Made by a program: the position numbers and the translations under genes | Assembly (NCBI GenBank): GCA_048885925.1 | Contig: JBHLLG010000074.1 | Location: 1 to 13,749, forward strand | Reading direction: 5' to 3' | DNA: 13,749 bases | From: Candidatus Hermodarchaeota archaeon | Lineage (GTDB): Archaea > Asgardarchaeota > Lokiarchaeia > Sigyniarchaeales > SOKP01 | The notes under the pieces: generated by a model | Database searches by the model: none | Told to the model about the DNA's origin: nothing | The model's input: only the letters and a program-made list of their open reading frames with translations | Shown here: positions 1 to 7,600 of the stretch, piece by piece | Numbering within the stretch: the stretch's first letter is position 1 | Layout of the letters: each line of letters starts with the position of its first letter

Positions 1-206
1 AATATTCTAAAAACATTGCATATATGATAAACTATAGTAATATTCCGAACTTTATCAATATGATTACATGGGCAAAATCACCTCAGGAGTCTCAAGAGAT
101 TGAAGATGAACTAAATACCGAAGGATTCAAAAGAATTATTCATAGAGTTTTTATATCAACAGAGTGGTATGAATGTTGGATTGATCAGCTGCTTAGAACA
201 AAATAA
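1..206 (+). CDS. 3' end of a tandem Lrp/AsnC-family transcriptional regulator (partial, runs off the left edge); paralog of 7690..8574
   Basis: The frame is open from position 3 (YSKNIAYMINYSNIPNF...EGFKRI...WYECWIDQLLRTK*). It aligns with the C-terminus of 7690..8574 (YSDSFALYFSYSNIPFF...EGLKNI...WYECWIDQLLRTK*). The ATG at 24 is therefore internal. Confidence 0.9.
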   Translation, partial: YSKNIAYMINYSNIPNFINMITWAKSPQESQEIEDELNTEGFKRIIHRVFISTEWYECWIDQLLRTK

Positions 207-349
207 CTTAAAGAATCTATTAGAATTTTGTTGCTTATTGAGTAAAATCCACACAAGAAAAAGTAAAGAAGTAAACGTGCGATTTATCGGGATTGATAAG
301 CAATTGTAATGAAATATGTGCCGATTAGTGAAATAATTATTTCAAATTA

Positions 350-570
350 TTCCTAAATTTCAACCTATTAGTATAATTATTGATACTTAGTATATCCAAT
401 TTTCCTCCTTTAGGAAGAAATTTCCTAGAATTGAATGATTTAGTATGATTATTTATTTCTAAAAATTTCAACAAAAATTGTATTCTCCATTCTAAACTCT
501 TATTTTTCATTTTTTCCAAGCAAGTGAACGTCCTCTTATTAGAGCCCAATTTGTATTAAAAATAATAAAA
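350..570 (+). repeat. Copy A of a conserved intergenic regulatory module
   Basis: Box 1 ttcc-N16-agta at 350-373; box 2 tatc-N16-ggaa at 393-416; promoter-like GAACgtccTCTTATTAGagcccaat from 526. Homologous to 3210-3432, 4322-4560 and 8709-8945. Confidence 0.8.
526..550 (+). promoter_or_regulatory. Putative non-canonical promoter (TATA-like TCTTATTA 534-541 with GAAC upstream and GRRCCC-like downstream)
   Basis: One of five copies of the motif, all on the + strand and about 45-95 nt upstream of a gene start. Here it lies 67 nt before the ATG at 608. Confidence 0.65.
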
Positions 571-607
571 TTAAAAAAAATTTTAAAAAAAAAAAGTGTG
601 AATAAAA

Positions 608-784
608 ATGAATATAAACCAAATGGAATATCAACTGTATTTATTTCATGATATAATACCAAAAAGTCAATATAAATTATACTTTCTTTTGGAAGTGATA
701 AAAACTAAAAGAAAATTAATAGAAAAAATGGTTCCTGCGATTTCGAGGGAAATTATTTTAACTATTGGAGGTATCTTAAAATGA
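608..784 (+). CDS. Small 58-aa ORF (MNINQMEYQLYLFHDIIPKSQYKLYFLLEVIKTKRKLIEKMVPAISREIILTIGGILK), translationally coupled to the ABC ATPase
   Basis: Translated by hand; below the ORF-track cutoff. GTGAA-N5-ATG context matches the start at 10741. Its TGA stop overlaps the next ATG (ATGA 781-784). Confidence 0.5.
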   Translation: MNINQMEYQLYLFHDIIPKSQYKLYFLLEVIKTKRKLIEKMVPAISREIILTIGGILK

Positions 785-1725
785 GTGAAATAATTATTGA
801 AACAAAAAATTTAACTAAAACTTATGATGATACGACCGCTCTACAATCTTTAAACATAAAAGTGCCTAAAAATTCAATTTTTGGATTTCTCGGTCCAAAT
901 GGTTCGGGAAAGACAACTACAATGAAAATGTTATTAGGCCAAATAGAACCTACGAGTGGAAGCGCAATGATTTTTGGACACGATATCAGGGAAAATGTAA
1001 AAATTCATAAAAGAATTGGATACCTTCCACAAGATATACGGTTCTACGAACATATGACTGCTCGTGAAATAATTAGTTTTTCAATGCGCTTCTTTTATGA
1101 AGGCCCAAAAGTTCTAATCGATAAGAGAGTAAATGATATGATAGAATTAGTTGGATTAGAGAATAAAGCTGATAGGGCAGTTAAAAGCTTTTCAGGTGGG
1201 GAACGGCAACGATTGGGGATTGCCCAAGCGGAAGTAAATCAGCCGGATTTACTTATTCTTGATGAACCTGCCTCGGCTTTAGATCCTCTTGGACGACGTG
1301 ATGTTCTTGATCTTATGAATAGATTACGTAAGGATAGAACAATCTTCTATTCTACGCATATATTAGATGATGTACAAAGAGTAAGTGATACAGTTGCGAT
1401 TTTAAATAAAGGAGTTTTAGTTACTCAAGGTCCAATTGAGGAGATTCTTAAAGGAGGAGAGGGTACTATTTACACGGTAAAATTGAAAGGAATTGAAGTG
1501 GAAGAGTTAAAAACTCGTTTACTCAATCAATCATGGGTTTCCGCTGTAAGTGTTGAGCAAGGAAATGTCGAATCATTATGGGATATAAGTATATCTGATG
1601 ATAGTGCTGCAGAAGATAATCTTTTAGGATTACTTCAAGGGAATGGTGGTAAAATTGTTAATTACGGACAAAAAAAGGTTGATTTAGAACAGATTTTTAT
1701 GAAATTAGTGGAGGGAGAAAGTTAA
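781..1725 (+). CDS. ABC transporter ATP-binding protein (ABC-2/DrrA-CcmA-like exporter)
   Basis: Walker A GPNGSGKTT, Q-loop YLPQ, signature FSGGERQR, Walker B LLILDEP, H-loop STH, C-terminal LEQIFMKL; SD GGAGGT upstream. Confidence 0.96.
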   Translation: MSEIIIETKNLTKTYDDTTALQSLNIKVPKNSIFGFLGPNGSGKTTTMKMLLGQIEPTSGSAMIFGHDIRENVKIHKRIGYLPQDIRFYEHMTAREIISFSMRFFYEGPKVLIDKRVNDMIELVGLENKADRAVKSFSGGERQRLGIAQAEVNQPDLLILDEPASALDPLGRRDVLDLMNRLRKDRTIFYSTHILDDVQRVSDTVAILNKGVLVTQGPIEEILKGGEGTIYTVKLKGIEVEELKTRLLNQSWVSAVSVEQGNVESLWDISISDDSAAEDNLLGLLQGNGGKIVNYGQKKVDLEQIFMKLVEGES

Positions 1726-1726
1726 A

Positions 1727-2527
1727 ATGGCAAGTAAAACCGAGATTCTAGATACTAAATATACTGGGCTTATACCCGTTAAAGAGGGTGGAAAATTCCA
1801 AGGATTAAAAAATTTAATGAGAACGGAAATAAGTCGATGGAAACGCACTGGTGGATGGTGGCTACAATTATTAGCAATTTTAGGAATGGCTAATGGTATA
1901 ACTTTCTTGACAATCTTAGGAAGTGGAGACCCGGAAATTGGTCTAATGATCTTCCCTCTTATGGCGGGATTATATATCCCGTTAGTCGCAATGACTTCAG
2001 TTCAAGGAGCTATAGTGGCAGAAAGAACGGAAGGAACTGCTGCATGGGTGCTCTCAAAACCAGTTACGCGACACGCTTTTATTACCTCCAAATTTCTAAC
2101 GAATATTATTAGTATAACTATATCAATGGTTCTTGCGCCCTTTCTATTGATCTACGTAGAATTTAATTTACTTGGGATTCCTGCAAGTTTTCTAGGGACA
2201 ATGATTGCTGCGGGATTTTTCTGGATGTGGTGTATGTTTTGGCTCATTTTAGCTTTAATGTTAGGTACCATTCTGAAAACAAGAAAATCTGTGATGTATG
2301 TAATGCTAACAATTTATATGTTGTTTTTTGGAGTAGGAGATCAAATCCCCGCTATAATCAATCCGCTAATGTTCTGGCCAGAATCAGGATCCACTGGACT
2401 ACTTTCAATGATGTCAGATCAAATCATGGGTACTCTTAATCTAAACTTAGCACCCGTAGTAATAATGGCATGCAGCATCCTATTTTTAGCGATTGCGATT
2501 AAGAAATTTCTAAAATTGGAATTATAA
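1727..2527 (+). CDS. ABC-2 type transporter permease
   Basis: About 6 hydrophobic segments and the motif GAIVAERTEGTAAWVLSKPVTRHAFITSKF typical of ABC-2 permeases. Starts 1 nt after the ATPase stop. Confidence 0.93.
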   Translation: MASKTEILDTKYTGLIPVKEGGKFQGLKNLMRTEISRWKRTGGWWLQLLAILGMANGITFLTILGSGDPEIGLMIFPLMAGLYIPLVAMTSVQGAIVAERTEGTAAWVLSKPVTRHAFITSKFLTNIISITISMVLAPFLLIYVEFNLLGIPASFLGTMIAAGFFWMWCMFWLILALMLGTILKTRKSVMYVMLTIYMLFFGVGDQIPAIINPLMFWPESGSTGLLSMMSDQIMGTLNLNLAPVVIMACSILFLAIAIKKFLKLEL

Positions 2528-2980
2528 AACAAATTTTTTTTTTTTATTCAAAAAAAGATAAAAATTCGATCTAAAAAATTCTCTTTTTTTTCCGACGATA
2601 TTAAAATCTAAGAATAGAAGTGATGTGGTTTTAAGTATTCGTTGTTCAATTGTAGAAATAAAACTGATGGATCTTGTTTCTATACTCCCGGGATCATCTA
2701 AGAATAAATCAAGTGGGATATCAACGAATTCTTCTGAGGAATCTAAATTGAGTAGATAATCAGTTTCAACCTCTCTTACTTTTTCTTGGAATGAATATGA
2801 ATTTTCTTCCCTTTCCTCCTCAGGAAAATTTAAAGAATTTAGTTGATTATAATTATAGGTTACTCTCTTTATATCAACACAGTTATGCTCTTGAAACTTA
2901 ACCTTTGTATAATGGACATATTTCTTAAAATGATAATAAATCTGTTCATAAGTACAAGGAATCTTGTTTATTTCTCCCAT
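2522..2980 (-). CDS. Hypothetical protein (152 aa), acidic central region; the C-terminus may be readthrough or frameshifted
   Basis: A long ORF in very AT-rich DNA with no recognisable motif. The last ~20 codons run through the poly-A/T terminator region and overlap the permease stop. Confidence 0.5.
   Translation of the reverse strand: MGEINKIPCTYEQIYYHFKKYVHYTKVKFQEHNCVDIKRVTYNYNQLNSLNFPEEEREENSYSFQEKVREVETDYLLNLDSSEEFVDIPLDLFLDDPGSIETRSISFISTIEQRILKTTSLLFLDFNIVGKKREFFRSNFYLFLNKKKKFVL
2534..2545 (+). terminator. Oligo-T archaeal-type terminator for the ABC operon
   Basis: A run of 12 T starts 7 nt after the permease stop. Confidence 0.6.
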
Positions 2981-3163
2981 TTTTATAAAGAGTGTCTATT
3001 TTTTAATATTTCAAAAGAATCATAAAATAATTAATTTACATCCTAATTTCTTTATTCATTTTTATTCTTCAAAAATTAAATTTAATCAATCAGAAATTAA
3101 ATAGATATGAGGTGAATTAAAATTAAAGAAATAATTTATAGCAAATATATTAATAACGTAAAA

Positions 3164-3196
3164 CGTTGGGTTGATAAATTACTTAGAACAAAATAA
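3164..3196 (+). pseudogene. Isolated remnant of an Lrp/AsnC gene 3' end (RWVDKLLRTK*)
   Basis: cgttgggttgataaattacttagaacaaaataa matches tgttggattgatcagctgcttagaacaaaataa (174-206). No upstream Lrp body is present. Confidence 0.75.
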
Positions 3197-3209
3197 GAAA
3201 AAGAAAAGA

Positions 3210-3432
3210 CTCCTAAAATTAAACCAACTAGTGAAAAAATTAACATTTTAGGTTCCAAATCATATATCTTTCAGTATAAAAGTTAGGATTTCATAGAATT
3301 CTTTAGACTTTCTGCACTTGAGGAAAACATCAATCTCTCCCTTTAAGTGATTTTAACTTCCCATTATCAGGATTTTTCCGAGTATACGAACATGCTTTTA
3401 TTAGGGCACCTACTAATATTAAAAATAACAAA
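3210..3432 (+). repeat. Copy B of the conserved regulatory module
   Basis: Box 1 ctcc-N16-agtg at 3210-3233; box 2 ttcc-N16-agta at 3253-3276; GAACatgcTTTTATTAGggcacc at 3388-3410. Confidence 0.75.
3388..3410 (+). promoter_or_regulatory. Putative promoter motif (TATA-like TTTTATTA 3396-3403)
   Basis: Copy of the five-fold motif, 73 nt upstream of ATG 3476. Confidence 0.65.
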
Positions 3433-3475
3433 ATAATTATAAAAAAAATAAATAATTTAAAGGGATTTGATTTAT

Positions 3476-4126
3476 ATGAGTGAAGATACAAAAATAAGTA
3501 GTTTAGTTAGATTGATGTTTGTTCTATGGTTACTCACAATGGTGATGCTCTGGGTATTATTTGGTCTTATGACTCTCGAGTTTTTATTCTGGCTCGCCTT
3601 AGGTCTTACTGTTGGTGGACCTGTTCTAGCAATAACATATAAACTAAAAGAGCTAAATGCAGGTGCAGTAATTTTTGCTATTGTATTACTTTGGGTAGCA
3701 TTTGGCGTCTACGGGGGTATTCTGCTTTTCGGTATTGCTTTGACTTTAACAATTTTGGGGCCTATTATTGTGATTATACTCTCTGTAATTAATCGAAAGA
3801 AAGGTCCAAAAAAAGAAATTAAACCGCTAGGAAAACTAGGGCCATTAAATCCACTTGCTTGGTTATGTAATCTAGGGTGGTTAGGAGCGTTAGGAACACT
3901 TTATACATCTCTTTTCTGGCTGTATTTATTGTTTTTCTTAATCCTTCTAGGAATTATTCCATATGATGCTGAAGTACCTGTGAAAAGAAAAAACCGATTA
4001 TGGTTATTAGGATTTTTGGGATTTATTGGATTTCTTTTTGGAGCGTTGTTTTATTGGACATGGTCATTTACTAGCTTATTTACACTATTTATCCTAGGGA
4101 TATTACCAAAAAAGACTAGAGAATGA
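3476..4126 (+). CDS. Multi-pass membrane protein with internal repeats; C-terminal half resembles the DUF3796-type LGFLGFLG motif
   Basis: Highly hydrophobic. Repeat pairs LFWLALGLTVGGP/LFGIALTLTILGP and LGWLGALG...LILLGIIP/LGFLGFIG...LFILGILP. ATG 3476 is preferred over TTG 3467, which forms part of the SD-like TTGAT. Confidence 0.85.
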   Translation: MSEDTKISSLVRLMFVLWLLTMVMLWVLFGLMTLEFLFWLALGLTVGGPVLAITYKLKELNAGAVIFAIVLLWVAFGVYGGILLFGIALTLTILGPIIVIILSVINRKKGPKKEIKPLGKLGPLNPLAWLCNLGWLGALGTLYTSLFWLYLLFFLILLGIIPYDAEVPVKRKNRLWLLGFLGFIGFLFGALFYWTWSFTSLFTLFILGILPKKTRE

Positions 4127-4144
4127 AAATTTAAATACCAATCA

Positions 4145-4153
4145 TTTTTTTTT
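4145..4153 (+). terminator. Oligo-T terminator
   Basis: A run of 9 T lies 19 nt after the stop at 4126. Confidence 0.5.
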
Positions 4154-4288
4154 AATCAACTTCTTCTGGGAAGCATTTATAATCTTCAAACTATTTAAAG
4201 AATTTATAATAAGGAACAGCTTTAATTTATCTAAGATTGAGATTAATCAAGAAAAATTACAAATGAAAATATAATATGTTTTATATCT

Positions 4289-4303
4289 CTTAGAACTAAA
4301 TGA
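4289..4303 (+). pseudogene. Minimal Lrp 3'-end remnant (LRTK*)
   Basis: cttagaactaaatga versus cttagaactaaataa at 8560-8574. It ends 19 nt before module box 1, similar to copies B (14 nt) and D (17 nt). Confidence 0.55.
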
Positions 4304-4321
4304 AATTATATCTATCCATTA

Positions 4322-4560
4322 TTCCAAAATATCAACCAATTAGAATATTTTTTGGTACTTTCAATTCCAAAATTTATTCAATTAAGAGGAAAATATTGAT
4401 TTTGAATGGTTTTCCAGAATTCTTTCTAAATTGTAGATGTATTAATTACATTAAAAAATAAATTTCTATTCAATAAGGTCTAAAGGTTCTTTTTTCTCTA
4501 TTATAGTGAACATCCTCTTATTAGAACCCCAATCTCTATTATAATTACTAAAAAAAATTA
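4322..4560 (+). repeat. Copy C of the conserved regulatory module
   Basis: Alignable to 8709-8945 along its length, including an identical 34-mer (4350-4383 = 8737-8770). Boxes at 4322-4345 and 4365-4388; GAACatccTCTTATTAGaacccc at 4508-4530. Confidence 0.9.
4508..4533 (+). promoter_or_regulatory. Putative promoter motif (TCTTATTA 4516-4523) for the flavodoxin-like/tfb unit
   Basis: Copy of the five-fold motif, 58 nt upstream of ATG 4581. Confidence 0.65.
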
Positions 4561-4580
4561 TATAAAATCTCTTGAATAGA

Positions 4581-5060
4581 ATGAAATTATGGATTATATA
4601 TAAGGAAAAAATTGTAATCTCTAAAACTATAGCTGAGATGATACAGGATCGCTTAGAGGATTATATAGAGGTTTCAGTAGGGACTGCAAATAAGACGGAT
4701 CCTTTATCTTTGGTAGAAGAAAAGTTGGATTACTTGATTATTGGAGATATTTTTGGGGAAAAAATACCAAGTTTAGAGATTCAGAATTGGGTGTTGAAAT
4801 ACAGTGAAGATTCAATATTATGTAATAAAGAACTTCAAGCTTTATCGGGTTTTTATATCTCACTAACAGAGATGGAAAATGATTTAGTCTGGATAGAATT
4901 TCTTCGAAAATATATAAAAGCCAAACTAATATTTCCACCAATCCTTTGTTTAAAGTTAAAAAAATCAGAATTACCTGTAAAGATCGGAGCACTTGAAATA
5001 GTTAAGGATTATTCAAATGATTTTATTGAATATTTATTAAATAGGAATAATAAAAAATAG
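4581..5060 (+). CDS. Flavodoxin-like fold protein, apparently lacking the FMN phosphate-binding loop
   Basis: The N-terminus MKLWIIY...SKTIAEMIQDRL...LDYLIIG follows the flavodoxin beta1-alpha1-beta3 pattern, but KEKIVIS replaces the S-x-x-G-N-T loop. Confidence 0.65.
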   Translation: MKLWIIYKEKIVISKTIAEMIQDRLEDYIEVSVGTANKTDPLSLVEEKLDYLIIGDIFGEKIPSLEIQNWVLKYSEDSILCNKELQALSGFYISLTEMENDLVWIEFLRKYIKAKLIFPPILCLKLKKSELPVKIGALEIVKDYSNDFIEYLLNRNNKK

Positions 5061-5076
5061 GAATAATCATAAAGAA

Positions 5077-5241
5077 ATGAAGAAAATTGATGTGAATGCT
5101 TTGAAGAATTATTTTCTAAGAGGTAAAGTGAAAGTGTGGATAATGTTATTATTCATGTTCCTCATGACGTTAGGTTTGTGTTTATGGGGTCGAATAAAAG
5201 AGATGAGAGGTGATACAAATTACTCAACTCAATTTAATTGA
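5077..5241 (+). CDS. Possible 54-aa single-pass membrane peptide (MKKIDVNALKNYFLRGKVKVWIMLLFMFLMTLGLCLWGRIKEMRGDTNYSTQFN)
   Basis: Translated by hand. It fills the gap between the flavodoxin-like gene and tfb, has one ~18-aa hydrophobic stretch flanked by basic residues, and overlaps the tfb start. Confidence 0.35.
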   Translation: MKKIDVNALKNYFLRGKVKVWIMLLFMFLMTLGLCLWGRIKEMRGDTNYSTQFN

Positions 5242-6181
5242 ACTAAATGATTATGAAAGAAAGTTTAAATCTTTCAATTGGTGTGAAGAATGCGGTGGAA
5301 ATATAATATTTATTTCTGAAACTGGAGAATCAGTATGCCAAGAATGTGGATTGGTGGTTAATGAAAGAGCAATAGACTTATCGCATAGTGATAAAATAGT
5401 ATATACAAATCAAGATATTATAAACAAAAAACATATTGGTTCTTTAATTACTCCTTTAACTCCTGGAGTAGCTTTACATACTATAATACCCACAAAAGAA
5501 ATTAGAAATTCCGACTTAAAAAGAGCAGCAAAATGGAATACAAGGATCTCATGGAATAAGAAAAACATTCTCATTGCTACAAGGGAATTAAAAAGAATTA
5601 GCTCAAACTTGGATCTCCCGGATTATGTTAAAGTTTCAGCTATAAATGTGTATAAAAAAGCATTTAAAATGAACATTATTAAAGGTCGATCTATTAATAC
5701 TATGGTTGCTGCGTGTATTTATTATGCATGTAGAAATCTTAAAATTAACAGGACATTACAAGAGATTCTCGAAGAATGTAATTCTAGTGAGAGAGAATTA
5801 AGAAGTCATTTCAAAGTTTTAGTTAAACTATTAAATTTAAAGATTCCAATGATAGATTTTATTTCATTAATTCCAAAATATATAGCAATTCTGAATTTAG
5901 ATCGTGAAATAGAGAACTTGGTTATAAATTTATTAGAACCTATTAAAGATTCTATGTATATTAACGGAAAGGACCCTAGAGGATTAGTTGCTGGAGCATT
6001 ATATCTTGTATGCAATTTAAAAAAGATACAACTTACTCAACAACAAATTTCCAAAGTGGTAGGTATAAGTGAACTTACAATTCGCTCAAGATATAAAGAG
6101 CTCTTAAAAAATAGAACTGCAATTAATCTAATGAATTCATTTGAAAGTAAAAATCTTATTGCAAGAGAAGCTCAGAAATAG
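5210..6181 (+). CDS. tfb: Transcription initiation factor IIB (TFB) paralog
   Basis: Zn ribbon CEEC-x17-CQECGLVV; two cyclin repeats (IKGRSINTMVAACIYYACR...RTLQEI; GKDPRGLVAGALYL); C-terminal HTH TQQQISKVVGISELTIRSRYKEL. The true start may be ATT 5219. Confidence 0.95.
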   Translation: MIQITQLNLIELNDYERKFKSFNWCEECGGNIIFISETGESVCQECGLVVNERAIDLSHSDKIVYTNQDIINKKHIGSLITPLTPGVALHTIIPTKEIRNSDLKRAAKWNTRISWNKKNILIATRELKRISSNLDLPDYVKVSAINVYKKAFKMNIIKGRSINTMVAACIYYACRNLKINRTLQEILEECNSSERELRSHFKVLVKLLNLKIPMIDFISLIPKYIAILNLDREIENLVINLLEPIKDSMYINGKDPRGLVAGALYLVCNLKKIQLTQQQISKVVGISELTIRSRYKELLKNRTAINLMNSFESKNLIAREAQK

Positions 6182-6297
6182 ATGAAAATTTAATGATTTA
6201 TGAAAAAGAAGTAAACTTGTCCATTTTTAGAAACTCACCTGAAGATATCAGGATAATTGTGAAAACAAATATTCTTTAATTTAATTAATGTTAAAAA

Positions 6298-7512
6298 TCA
6301 TGGATTTACTTTCATTATTTCCTCTTTTATTGCTTCCATGAAGTATTGATTGGCGGAAATAGATTGATTCAAATATTCTAAGCATTTTTTTATTTGTTTA
6401 TAACCATTTCTATGAGTAATTTCATTTTCTCTTCTTTTAAGTTCATCCATAGTTTTATTTATTATGGGATCCCATTTCTCTAAAATTTTAAGCTTTTTAT
6501 ATATCCTTAAAAAATTGGAGAATGCGATAGAATCCATTATATATAATTTCTCACGAACGCCCTTGATTTTTTTTCTTCTAATAAGACCTTCTTTAATTAA
6601 ATAGTTAAGCCCTTGAGAAATCATCCCTGCTGAAAAACCAGTTAATTCCTTAATCTTTTGCTGAGTAAGTTCCTTCCTAAAGATTAAATATGCGATAATC
6701 TCTGAATATTGAGGATTAGATGCTGCAAACATGGGAGAATTTATTGTAAAATTGATAAGATCTTTTTCAATTTCTTCCATTTTTAATCTATACGGATATC
6801 TCTTGGATATATTATCATTTTCAACAACTTCAGATTCATTCTTACCAACTTCTTGAAATTTTTCTAGGCTTTTTCTATATTCTTCTATAGCAATGTATTC
6901 CTTTTTTTTCTCAATAGGAAATTTGGACATAGATTCTTTATGTCTTTCTAAGCGGTAATCTATATATTCAATCATCTCTCTTAATCTTTCAAGAAAAGTA
7001 TTTTTTACGCTGTTCTTGTTTACATTTCTCACTCTAATCTCTTCCAAATTTCTCATTTTTTCTGTATAAAAATTTTTCGCTTTCCTCAATTCTTTATCTA
7101 TGATTTCTGGAGAATGAAAACCTGGAATATTAAGGAATCTAGGATTTAGGAAGTATACATTGCTGAATTGCCATAGATAGAATTTACTTACGCTTCTTGG
7201 AGAAATAAGAACTTGGTTGGTTTTGATTTTTTTTTGTTTGACTACTGATAAATCAAGTAATTCATTTAGATATGAAGATATTGAACCCGATGAAAAACCC
7301 TCTTTTGATCCTTTTTTATAAAATATTTCGGATAAATCTTTAATCTCTTGCTGTGTAAGGGTGTCATGTATAAAAAGATAAGTAAGTATGTGTATTTGAA
7401 TGTCTGATTTCCACTCGAATGGATAGTTTTCTATTGCAAATTCAATTATTAGATTCTCATATTTATATAATTCACTATCGACCAATGGTTTTATAGCAGG
7501 ATTAAACATCAT
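6298..7512 (-). CDS. Tandem-duplicated winged-helix regulator (GbsR/MarR-like, two wHTH domains)
   Basis: Internal repeat: ILTYLFIHDTLTQQEIKDLS...GFSSGSISSYLNELL...KKI versus IIAYLIFRKELTQQKIKELTGFSAGMISQGLNYLI...KKI, each followed by a long helical region. Confidence 0.85.
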   Translation of the reverse strand: MMFNPAIKPLVDSELYKYENLIIEFAIENYPFEWKSDIQIHILTYLFIHDTLTQQEIKDLSEIFYKKGSKEGFSSGSISSYLNELLDLSVVKQKKIKTNQVLISPRSVSKFYLWQFSNVYFLNPRFLNIPGFHSPEIIDKELRKAKNFYTEKMRNLEEIRVRNVNKNSVKNTFLERLREMIEYIDYRLERHKESMSKFPIEKKKEYIAIEEYRKSLEKFQEVGKNESEVVENDNISKRYPYRLKMEEIEKDLINFTINSPMFAASNPQYSEIIAYLIFRKELTQQKIKELTGFSAGMISQGLNYLIKEGLIRRKKIKGVREKLYIMDSIAFSNFLRIYKKLKILEKWDPIINKTMDELKRRENEITHRNGYKQIKKCLEYLNQSISANQYFMEAIKEEIMKVNP

Positions 7513-7562
7513 TCTCTAATGATTTTGTTTCTATAATAATAATAATCAAATAAATATTTAAG

Positions 7563-7584
7563 TTTTTGTGAAATTTCACAAAAA
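7563..7584. promoter_or_regulatory. Perfect 22-bp palindromic operator TTTTTGTGAAATTTCACAAAAA between divergent regulators
   Basis: Exact self-reverse-complement. Flanked by a + strand BRE/TATA (GAAAGA TTTAAATA, 7587-7600) and a - strand AAAAAC TTAAATAT (7554-7567). Confidence 0.8.
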
Positions 7585-7586
7585 GT

Positions 7587-7600
7587 GAAAGATTTAAATA
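7587..7600 (+). promoter_or_regulatory. Canonical archaeal BRE-TATA promoter for the Lrp/AsnC gene
   Basis: Purine-rich GAAAGA immediately followed by TTTAAATA, 90 nt upstream of ATG 7690. Confidence 0.55.

Noticed and set aside
289-312. gggattgataagcaattgtaa as a further degenerate Lrp tail before module A
   Set aside because: Only GGATTGAT matches and the LRTK codons are absent; too weak to call.
337-549. 70-aa minus-strand ORF covering module copy A, raising the idea that the module encodes a peptide
   Set aside because: Not conserved among copies. The frame matching copy D's LIRRCSLAWKK reads LIRGRSLAWKK* in copy A, a different frame from this ORF, and it stops at once. Conservation is at the DNA level.
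2227-2439. 70-aa alternative-frame ORF inside the permease
   Set aside because: Fully nested in a well-supported CDS, with no motif.
2843-3025. 60-aa + strand ORF
   Set aside because: Antisense overlap with the longer 2522..2980 ORF; AT-rich I/L/F composition and no SD.
4508-4533. Reverse complement GGGGTTCTAAT resembling a tRNA T-loop or an ORB G-string
   Set aside because: No cloverleaf can be formed, the TCCA..GGA ORB core is absent, there is no cdc6/orc1 nearby, and other copies do not keep the G-string.
4738-4992. 84-aa minus-strand ORF
   Set aside because: Shadow of the flavodoxin-like gene.
5806-6015. 69-aa minus-strand ORF
   Set aside because: Shadow of tfb.
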